DNA from: an uncultured Verrucomicrobiae bacterium
GTDB taxonomy: Bacteria; Verrucomicrobiota; Verrucomicrobiia; Chthoniobacterales; JAFAMB01
Assembly (NCBI GenBank): GCA_963837955.1
Contig: CAWIPH010000002.1
Span: 128,001 to 192,000 of the forward strand
Direction of reading: 5' to 3'
DNA length: 64,000 nt
This document shows, one piece after another, positions 1-9,409 of the stretch. The stretch's first letter is position 1, and every line of letters begins with the position of its first letter. Position numbers and translations under genes: made by a program. A model generated the notes under the pieces. That model searched no databases. It had not been told where the DNA came from and worked only from the letters and a program-made list of their open reading frames with translations.

Positions 1-3000
1 AACCTGAAGAATGCCGATGTCCACGGCGTAAACCGCCACGTTGCAGTCGCGATCGGCCTTGATCCTGATAGTCAATTTGTCGCCGGGCTTCGCCTTCCTG
101 GGTACCTCGAGCGAAAGATTGATTTTGCGCTGCGGCGGTATCGCTTGAAATGGAGCGACCGCATAGCTCAACGGCGTTGTGTAGATTTCGGAAGAGTTCA
201 GACTGCGAACGAAACTGACGTTCACATATCCGGAGCCTTCAAAGTCCTTCGGAATTTCGATCGTCTGGACAGAGGTGCGGGTATTCGCACGGAACCATTT
301 CCAGGCGAAAACGCGATTTCGCTCAATCGTAATTAAACCATATCCTTCAAACGGCGCTTCGACGCTCATCTCTAAACTATCACCAGGTGCGATCTTGTTG
401 TTGGTGAGAACCAGCCGCAATTCGCCATCGTGATCGAGAGCGACAGCTTCCGACTTTGCGCCGGCGACGGTGTAATCCGTGGCAAACAGTTTTTGCCCAT
501 CTTCGCCAACAATTTCCAATCGGAAATTGCCGACTTGGTTTGTCGGCAGAACGTATGTGGTAGCTTGAGTCGCCAGGGAGAATGGCTCGTCGCTGAAGGT
601 ATTTTCACGAAGCACAGGTTCGTACTTGTAGGTGCCGTTATCCTGGCGAGTAAGTACCGGTTCTTTTCGCTTTTCGATAATACGCAGACGAGCGCCAGGG
701 ACAGCGACCGGTTCGGCTGAGCGATTCACCGCCAGGAGATCGATCGAGGCAGGCTGTTGAAAAGGCAGAAAAGTTAATTTCGAGTCGGTTCGATAACCGA
801 CCACAAATTCACGGTCGGAGACGATGAATCCGACGCTGGTGTGAACACTTCGGCCGCCGTCCGCTTCGAAGCCTTCGACATTCAGATCGACCCGGTAGCA
901 GGCGTTGGCGTATTTGCTCAGGTCTGCGTTTACTTTGGCGTCGCCGTTCTCGTCTGTCTTAACGTCCTCAAGCTCTTGTTCCTCGTTGTAGTCAGGATGA
1001 GCTCGCCTCGTAGTTCGACGGATTGTAGAAGTTGAAATCCTTCCAGCGGGCTATTTTGAATCCGCCTGGATTTATTTTTTGCTTGGCGCTGACTTTGTTA
1101 CCCACTGCCGGAGTGCCGAAAAGGTTTTCCAGGTGGACATTGACCGCGAGTTCGTTCGGGGACACCCAGGCATGATTCTCTGCGCCTGTTCCGACCGCCG
1201 AGATCTTCATCCGATCGGGTTGAAAATCTTCTACGTGAAAGTAGTAATCGGCGACTGAGCTCTCGTCTTTGGTGTCCAGCTGGACTGCGAGATGGTACTC
1301 GCCCGTGGAAGCGGTTTCGGGTAAATCGAATATTGTTTCGCCGAACCCGCTTACATGAACCTTCTCGACTCCGACCGATGTGTCGCTGGAGTCACGCAGA
1401 TCGACTGACAACGGAACCGGACCGACTGCGTCTTTCGGCGATTTCACAATCAAACCGACGTGGACGGTTTCGCCGGGTCGATAAATGCCTCGATCAGTGA
1501 ACGGAAAGACCTCGACACTCTGCTCGTCAGGGGAGGTTTCGCCAGTTATATCAAAGCGCGAGAAATCGAGCGCGTTATCGTCTCGTTCGTAAGCCAGAAA
1601 AGAGAGGTCGTCCCCTAATTGGGCGACGATCGCTACCGGTTTTCGTTCCGTCCCACTTTGGTCTGCTTCCTTTTCATCCGTTTCCTTTTCATCAAGGACC
1701 GGAGCATGGACATGCCCGTCATTGTCGGTAGTACCCTCGAACAGCGACGTTCCATTCTTCGCCAGAACGGAGACATGAACGCCGGCTACGGGCATCTGAT
1801 TCTTCAATGAAGCAACAAATATTTCGCGGCTACGGTCGGAGTTTTTCTTCGCTATAATTCCGAGATCAGTGACCAACACAAAGCGCGTTTCAGTGTGCGC
1901 CTTTACCGATTCATGGGTAGTCGGATCGATAGCCCGGGGACGAATAAAGAAGAGGCCGTATTGCAGTTTGCCGTCGCTCTCCAAGTACGGGTCCAATTTG
2001 AGCGAGGTGTATTTGGCTACGCCGCTCCCTTCGTCAGCAATCTGTCGCGTTGGCCGGCTAATGACGCTGATGTTGTGCTCGTCGAAGTTGTCGCCGACGA
2101 ACTCCGGCTTATCGAATGCGCCCGAGGTCTGACTGATTAGGTGGTGGATTTGGTTCGGCAGAACCTTGGCAATCTCGAACTCGATGCATTGAACGCCTCG
2201 GGAGACGACCGATAGCGTGCGCTCGCCGTTCAAGGCAAGCAGGCCGCCTGCTCCTTCGATAGCGATCTCTTCCGGCAAAGGATTGACGCTGACGATTTGC
2301 CCATAATCGTCCGACAAAAGGTATCCACCGACTGCGGGCGTTTCTTTAGCGATCCGGACGTAGAGCTGGCCCCCTTTGCTCAGCAAACATCGGAAGAGAT
2401 GTTCCTTGGAGAACTGTTCTTTCTCTGCCACCGGAGTGACCGGCAGCTTTTGGGCGCTTTTGAGCGTCTCTTCGGTGATTTCATTAGCACTCGTCCAAGG
2501 CCGAACCGAATCGTTGCTGGCATTCTTCCGTTCCGGCAGCAACCAGATCTGCAGGGCCGCGGCGATATCGGACGACTTGGTGTTTACGCTGGTGGCGACC
2601 TCCAAAATCTGTTCCGAATCGCCGTTCTGGCGGCGAGCAATCGACACTTTTACTCCGTCGATGTGAAGGAAACTGTAGCGATCCGGCACAGTGACTTTGG
2701 CGATCTCGTCCTTCTCGGTCACCGACTTTCCGGTGTTGCTAGGCAAGCCCTGATGAACGGCCAGCCGCACGTAATCCGGGCGCTCCGGTAACTTGATATT
2801 GGCCGAATGCAGAAAAAACCGGCGTTGGTGGAGGTTCGGAGTAAGCTCGAATTCTTGATTCTTCTCGAAGAGATCCGAACCACCCAGCACATCAATCGAG
2901 ACTTGTTTGCGAAGAAGATCGGTAGTGACCGGAAAGGTCGTTTCGATAGTGGCAACGATCTGTCGCTTGTTCGTGTCGACCGGGTCCTGATAAAACTGCG

Positions 3001-3544
3001 CCTGAACGATCTTCACGTCGAGCGCGCTGGTCTTAAACTCTATATCGTTCTTTTCCAATCGAATCATCTTCGACAGTTCCTCGCTGGGCAGAGAGACGCG
3101 ATAAGTGGTGTTGGCCGGCCAATCCGCCGCTGGTTGGAACGTGAGAGTGCGATCTGTCGTCCACTTCCATTCTCCCGAGTGACTTGGTGTCATCACCAGC
3201 TGGACGGCTGTTCCAACCTTGCCCAGGGGAGCGGCCGATTTTACGAATTCGATCGACGCCGGCTGTGGGTGTAGATCTGGCTGAAGCGGCGTAATTGCCG
3301 GGGCATGAACGGTGAAGGTGCTGAAAGTTGGTTTTGGTTGGCTCCCGAGCACATAGAGCCAGAATGCTCCTGCAACCGCGGCAACCAGGAAGCCGGCAGT
3401 GATCCACCGATGACGGTCGAGAGTTTTTGCCGCCCGTTGACACCAGGCCGGGGGATGCCAGGAAATCTCGCCAATTAAAGGGACGAGGATGGCGCCGAAA
3501 AACCGGCGAGTGATATTCAAAATATAGGTGAAGGCACTTTGCAT
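1..3544 (-). CDS. Bacterial alpha-2-macroglobulin family protein (YfhM-like); frameshift near 1000; runs off the window edge
   Basis: 850-aa ORF 992..3544 with an N-terminal TM anchor and the A2M MG-domain motifs 'RFVLVTDLGIIAK', 'FTDRGIYRPGETVH' and 'VEDFQPDRMKI'. An A2M-like reading continues in another frame from ~1000 to position 1 (..VEGFEADGGRSV..; ..APFEGYGLITIERNRVFAWKWF..). Confidence 0.9.
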
Positions 3545-3601
3545 AAATTGTTGGCTTCATCATCAAGTACGGGGACTCGGGGATGATTCTTTCAGAAATG
3601 A

Positions 3602-3951
3602 GTAGCCTGATGCTCCAGCCTCAGAGGCGTGTTGGTGATTAGTGAGAGGTGATTGGTGGGTGCCTATCGGCCCGATCGGTAGGGCGAAAACCTCGGCGCC
3701 CCGGAAGCGTTTCGATTTTCTTTTGCGTGGATCGCGCCGGGTTTGAGCCGCCCGTTGCATCAATCTGTGTTGCGTCTTTTTCCTTGCGTTCCCCAGTCGG
3801 ACAGGCACGAACGGCTCAAGCCGGTCCGGCTGATACCGTACCAAGCTTTCGCCCTACCGATCAGGCCAATAGGCATACCGTTCACCAATCACTTCTCACC
3901 ATCGTTGAGGCCCTGAGGCTGGAGCATCAGGCTAGGTGGAGATCAGGCTAC
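3602..3951. repeat. REPIN-like element, family A (GTAG-CCTGATGCTCCAGCCTCAGG arms), with a family B element nested inside
   Basis: GTAGCCTGATGCTCCAGCCTCAG at 3602 and its reverse complement at ~3912-3934. The same arms occur at 33724, 49681 and 51873. Confidence 0.85.
3678..3858. repeat. Family B palindromic element (GGTAGGGCGAAA...TTTCGCCCTACC)
   Basis: 12-bp terminal inverted repeats; its reverse complement aligns along its length with 32095..32294. Confidence 0.85.
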
Positions 3952-4014
3952 GCGGAGGTACCGATCGTTCCGTCCTTCTTTTCCGTGGGAGAATGCGGTA
4001 GCATCGGGGCCGTT

Positions 4015-4629
4015 ATGCAGGAACGGTTCCTAGCTACTCGACGCTCGCTGCTGCACCGATTGCGGAATTTAGACGATCGAGCGGGTTGGCAGGAATTTTT
4101 TGAAACCTATTGGCGTCTGATTCATGCAGTCGCCAAGCGGTCTGGATTGGATGAATTCGAAGCGGAAGAAGTGGTCCAAGAAACGGTGATCTCGGTCGCG
4201 CGAAAAATCCCCGAGTTTCGCTATGATCCTAGCATTGGTTCGTTTCGGGGCTGGCTGCTGACCATTGCTCGCTGGCGAATCGCGGATCAATTTAGAAAAC
4301 GAAATACGGAAGAGTCGGCAACTTCCGACCAAATCGCAGACTTAGCGACAGCCAACTTCGAGAGCATTTGGGCGGAGGAATGGGAAAGACATCTCCTCAG
4401 CGGCGCGCTGGCAATCCTGAAACGTAAAGTGAGCTCCGAGCAATTTCAGCTCTTCGAGTGCTATGTGATCAAAGGCTGGTCCCCCCAAAAAGTGGCAGAG
4501 GCACTCGGGGTCCGGATCAACTCGGTTTATCTTGCCAAAAACCGTCTTTCACCCATCCTGCAGGAAATTGTCGCCCGAATCGAAAAGGGGGAGTACCAAC
4601 TTGGGAGTGCCGCAGATACCGGATCATGA
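4015..4629 (+). CDS. ECF sigma-70 factor (Ser/Thr-kinase-associated type)
   Basis: Region 2 'WQEFFETYWRLIHAVAKRSGL..EAEEVVQET..GSFRGWLLTIARWRIADQFRKR' and a region 4 HTH 'SPQKVAEALGVRINSVY'. Start set at ATG 4015; the longer ORF from 3649 runs through repeat DNA. Confidence 0.92.
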   Translation: MQERFLATRRSLLHRLRNLDDRAGWQEFFETYWRLIHAVAKRSGLDEFEAEEVVQETVISVARKIPEFRYDPSIGSFRGWLLTIARWRIADQFRKRNTEESATSDQIADLATANFESIWAEEWERHLLSGALAILKRKVSSEQFQLFECYVIKGWSPQKVAEALGVRINSVYLAKNRLSPILQEIVARIEKGEYQLGSAADTGS

Positions 4630-7490
4630 TTTGATCCGATCGATTGGGCGCGGAGCCTACGGCGAAATCTGGCTGGCCACGACTCTGACCGGAGCGTTTC
4701 GAGCGGTGAAGGTCTTGTTTCCTGACGCGGAAACCAGCTACCGGGAGTTCGACGGGCTGCGAACCTTTGAGCCGATTTCGCGAAATCATCCTGGTTTTGT
4801 TAACATTTACCACGTCGGGCGAGGTGACGGGTTCCTTTATTATACGATGGAGCCAGCGGACGATTGCGTCAGCGGTCAACAGATCGATCAACTGAACTAT
4901 CGGCCTCGGACACTGGCCAGCGATTTACAGCACGGACCGCCGTTTGCCGGCCGAGCGTTGCATCGAACTCGGCATCATTCTAGGCGATGCGCTTGGTTAC
5001 ATGCACGAACGGAAACTAACCCATCGTGACATCAAGCCTTCCAATGTCATTTTCGTAAATGGACAACCAAAGTTAGCCGATATCGGCTTGGTCGCAGCGG
5101 CAGGCCGTCGAACCTATGTGGGAACGGAGGGATATGTTCCACCGGAAGGACCCGGCTCGCCGGATGCCGATGTCTACGCGCTCGGCAAGGTTTTGTACGA
5201 GGCGGCTACTGGAAAGGATCGTCTCGATTTTCCGGAGATTCCCACAAATCTGCCCGAATTACCGGACAGAGAGAAGGTCGTAGCGCTCAACTCGGTGCTT
5301 TTGAAGGCCTGCGCCCGGGAATCGAAGCAACGGTTCGCGTCCGCGAGTCAATTCGTGCAAGCGCTTCGCTCGATCGAAAGTCAACCGGTTGCAAAACCTC
5401 GCAACCGAATTGGGCATCCGGGCGTGCTTGTTGCCGCGGTTCTCGGTGCCTTGGCGCTGATTAGTTTGCCGGTTTGGGTGCATCCGCCTCAACCGAATCC
5501 GCCCGTGACTCCCACGCCGGCGCCAACTATCGCGCGGTTGCCGACAGCTACGCCGCTACCAACTCCAGAGAAGCTCAAGACTGGTGTCGTGCAGATCGAG
5601 AGCAACCCGACCGGTGCGCAAGTCTGGAGCGGTGAAAAACTTCTTGGTGTAACGCCACTTCTGTTATCCGAAATGCCAATCGGCCCAGTCAGGTTCCAAC
5701 TGAAACTCCAACGATACCTCTACAGCGAAGTCAGCGGTCAGCTTGAACCTGACCAGACTCTGCCGCTCTCAGACGATCTGCAGATCGCGAAGGCGCCGGT
5801 GAGCGGCCGCGCCTGGACCAACACCATCGGAATGAAATTCGTTCCGGTTGGCGATCTGTTATTTGCAATCTGGGATACGCGTATCCGGGATTTCGCAGAA
5901 TTCGTGCACGATACGAGCTACCAGCTTACAGGGCCCATGGAAAGTATCTCGGGTGGCGTGCAAGGCCAACACGGCAAGACTTGGGATGATCCAGGGTTTG
6001 CCCAGACACAAGATCATCCAGTGGTTGGAGTCAGCTGGAAAGACGCGATGGAATTCTGCTCCTGGTTAACTCAAAAGGAACGCAATATCGGGCTGCTCCA
6101 AGAAGGACAATATTATCGGCTGCCGACAGATCAGGAATGGAGCCGGGCGGCAGGCATCGAGCACGAGGAAGGCTCAACTCCGGAGGAGCGTTCCGGACAC
6201 CCGCTCGATCTATATCCGTGGGGGAATGGTTTTCCGCCGCCAGCCGGAGCCGGCAACTATGCCGGGTCCGAAATGCGGGGAGCCGATTGGCCGGCCAACT
6301 GGCGATTCATCCAAAATTACAGCGACGGATTCACTCGAACCTCTCCGGTCGGATCCTTCAAGCCGAACGCAATCGGGATATACGATCTCGGCGGAAATGT
6401 TTGGCAATGGTGCATGGACAAATTCTCTTCCAACGGAGATTCGCGGGTTTTACGCGGCGCGTCCTGGGCGAACGCAGATCCTGCTCTGCTCAAGACAAAT
6501 CGCCGGATCGATGATTTGGTAGATAGCCGGACTGATTGCTATGGTTTTCGCTGCGTTCTGCAGACTCCGGTTTACGGTATCGCTACGATTCGATCGGAAC
6601 CAAATGGGGCGATGGTGACATTGAACGGAAAAGAGGTGGGACGCACGCCGCTCGTACTAGAAAACGTTGCCCCCGGTCCGGCAAAGTTCGAGGTACGGCT
6701 GAATGGCTACAAGACGGAATTCGTCGACCGGAATATTGAAGCGCGCCAAGATCTGGATCTGCCGCTTTTTAAGTTAGTGCCGGTGCAATGGCCGGCGCAC
6801 GATCAGCCATGGACGAATTCGCTCGGGATGAAGTTTGTTTCAGTCGAACGTCTACTGGTTTCGGTCTGGGATACCCGCGTCTCGGATTTCCGGAGTTATT
6901 GCCGCGCTGTGAATCGTGGTATGCCGGTCCCCGGTTTTGCCCAAGCTGAGGACGAGCCGGTCGTGCTAATCAACCGATCCGATGCGGAAGGATTCTGCGA
7001 CTGGCTAACTCAAAAGGAACGCGCGGAGGGACTGATTCGTCCTAATGATCAATATCGGTTACCGAAGGATGTTGAGTGGAGTCAGTTTGCAGGCTTGCTC
7101 GAGGAGCGAGGTTTATCTCCCGCAGCGCGCGATTCCCGAGATCAAAAACGTTATCCTTGGGGCGAAAATTGGCCTCCGCCATCTGATGTGGGCAATCTTG
7201 GGAATCCACCAGACCTACGCAACGTAAAGCGCCGTTATCCGCACACTTCTCCGGTAGGCGCCTTTCCGCCAAACCAATTCGGGATTTACGACTTCACCGG
7301 AAATGTTTGGCAATGGTGCTCCGACGCTTACGGCGGATCCAGTACGTTCGCCAGCTTCGGCGTATTACGCGGTGGATCCTGGAACACCTATGGAGTGCGA
7401 CTGTTGCTGACTTCGTATCGAAACGTGGTTGCTCCCAGCGACCGTGATCCGACCTATGGTTTTCGGTGTGTTCTCGAATTGGGAGAGTAG
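4601..7490 (+). CDS. Transmembrane Ser/Thr protein kinase with 2x (PEGA + FGE-sulfatase/C-type-lectin-fold) domains; frameshift at ~4943-4945
   Basis: Kinase N-lobe 'IGRGAYGEIW..AVK' in ORF 4532..5029. 'HRDIKPSN', 'DIG' and 'GTEGYVPPE' in ORF 4944..7490, then a TM helix, a Pro/Thr linker, PEGA 'IESNPTGAQV' and FGE motifs 'HPVVGVSW..RLPTDQEW..GNVWQW..GFRCVL', twice. Removing one T from the TTT at 4943-4945 joins the frames. Confidence 0.9.
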
Positions 7491-7736
7491 CGAGCTGAAA
7501 ATACGGGATATCAGAACATAGGAGCCGGGATTGGAAGCGGTTCGGCGTCTCGCGCTTGGGTCAAAAGGCTGATACCTGGTTCTCCGCCCCGGAGGGGCCC
7601 GACGAAAGTAGCCCAGCAGTTTATTGCTGGGTAAAGGTTATAAAACGGGTCCGTCCCGCACGGGACGATCGAACCACCGCATGGGCTTGTAAGGTCACAT
7701 TGGAAGCCAATAACTGAACGTTTCGATCGTCCCTGG

Positions 7737-9184
7737 GGGGCGTCGGACTTCGTGATGTTTTTTCCGCTTTTTTTTGGCGGAGGGAGACGGTAAAGGGGAG
7801 GATTGCGATGAGCTTTGAGGTAAGCTGTATTTTCCGTGAAGGGATTGTGGGTAGGTGAGAGCCTTTTTGTTTTCTTAGGAGTTTGTGAGGTTAAAGGTCT
7901 AGCAGATAGTTGCATTGGGTTGAATTTTTGCAAGCGCGTAGATGAAGTGTTGAAAGCCGAACGTGTGTTTGATAAAACCAAAAGCCCTTCAGCTACCGTT
8001 TGGCGCCGAGTTGCAACCACTGTCCGTGGGGTGTTGATGCGTTTTTTGATTAAATAACGCATGTGTGCGCAAGCGTTGCCTATGGCTGTTGCGATGTTTT
8101 GGTCCACTAGCACTGACTTGGATCGGACGGGGAGGATAATAGATTTTGGTGCCAAGGCTCTTTTCCAGCTCATAGGCTTTGGGTCGCTCTCATAGCCACA
8201 ATCGACGACCACTTCCTTTACTGCTCCTAACTCGGGAGCGAGTTGCTCAAGGACTTGGTTCAATAACTCCGCGTCGCCCCCTTTGGCACTGACGGCATTA
8301 GTTACAATCAGGCCTGCACCTTGGATATCGACTCCAATTTGGGCGTTATAGCCAATGACTGTACCTGCCCCTTTACGGTGTAAGATCCCACAGTCTGGAT
8401 CGGTCAAATTCATCCGTACCTCCTTGGCCTGGCTCTGACGACCGCTCTGGGCTAATTGCTCTTTTTCGGCTTGCTGCTGGGCTTCTCGTTGCTTGATGCG
8501 CTCTAGAGCTTCTTTGATGGCCTTACGGCGCTTTTGCCCATCGGCTAACTCCGCTGGCAAGCCTTCAGTCTCTGCTTCGCCCTCTTCAGCTTGATCAGCC
8601 GCTTCCCCTCGTTGGATCAGCTCGCTAATGAGCTCTTCGACTCGAGCCCTTTCTTGCTCTAATTGCTCCCGCGTGCTGAAGCGATGGCGATTGGCGTTGG
8701 CTTCCAGTCGCGTTCCATCCACTGCTAGCTTGCCCACTCGAACCAATCCTAATTCCGCGCCAACAATAACACGCTACGGAAACACTCTCGAAATAACGCT
8801 CCGTTCTCTCGCCGAAACTTCGCGATGGTATCGTGATCCGGATGGGTGTTGCCACACAAGTAACGCACCGAAAGGCTTTCGTAACTGAGTTGTTCGATGC
8901 GCCGGGAAGAAAATACTCCTCGCGCATAAGCGTAAATCAGTAAGCCCAACATCATTCCAGGCGGATACTGCGCACTACCGCTACCCCGCTCATTGGTACA
9001 AGCTAGCCGTAGATCGCATTGATCGACCGCCTCCGCTATCAAGCGCGCCAAATCATCCTTTGCCACCCAATCTCGCAAATCGACCGGCAACAACATCGGC
9101 GTCTGCCGATCAATGACTACATATCGCTCTGGCATCCACCTTTTTACCAGATCTGCTACCCAATTGAAAAGTCCGACAAGCCCC
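7737..9184 (-). mobile_element. IS1182-family insertion sequence, degenerate
   Basis: Imperfect terminal inverted repeats GGGGCGTCGGACTT (7737) and AAGTCCGACAAGCCCC (..9184) enclose a transposase. Possible GG target duplication. Confidence 0.85.
7860..9135 (-). pseudogene. IS1182-family DDE transposase, frameshifted and decayed
   Basis: DUF772-type N-terminus 'YPPGMMLGLLIYAYARGVFSSRRIE..YLCGNTHPDHDTIAKFRR', frameshift at ~8750, then 'AVDGTRLEANA', 'TDPDC', 'GYNAQI', 'VVDCGY'. The C-terminal part is only a remnant, so the 3' coordinate is approximate. Confidence 0.85.
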
Positions 9185-9409
9185 GGCGGGACGGGGCCGT
9201 CTTTATAACCTTTTCCCAGCACTTTGCTGGGCTACTTTCATCCCGCCCCTACGGGGCAGAGAACGAGACACGAGCTTCACTGCATCGATCTTCCCGTCTC
9301 TCAACCTTGCATGCCTTCGCGTCTTTGCGTCTTTGCGTGAGGTTTTAATCCCGCGTCCTCCCAAGAGACAAGAATTCGAACCTGTGTAATACAAAGGGCG
9401 GAGTCCCCT

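Larger units (their letters stand above)
7586..9257. repeat. Family C REPIN/MITE (GAAAGTAGCCCAGCA hairpin arms) split by an IS insertion
   Basis: Left half 7586..7736 and right half 9185..9257 together rebuild the architecture seen without the IS at 12002 and 16964. Confidence 0.8.

Noticed and set aside
3649..4014. N-terminal extension of the ECF sigma (326-aa ORF)
   Set aside because: The extension is translated REPIN sequence; sigma homology starts at ATG 4015.
4935..4950. Programmed ribosomal frameshift in the kinase
   Set aside because: No slippery heptamer, and similar isolated indels occur across the window, which favours sequencing error.
6440..7490. Diversity-generating retroelement targeting the FGE/CLec domains
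   Set aside because: The domains end in the GFR motif typical of DGR targets, but I saw no reverse transcriptase or adenine-variant template repeat in the window. A remote DGR cannot be excluded.
7511..7860. Long C-terminus of the 411-aa transposase ORF
   Set aside because: Reads through the IS end into flanking repeat DNA after frame loss.
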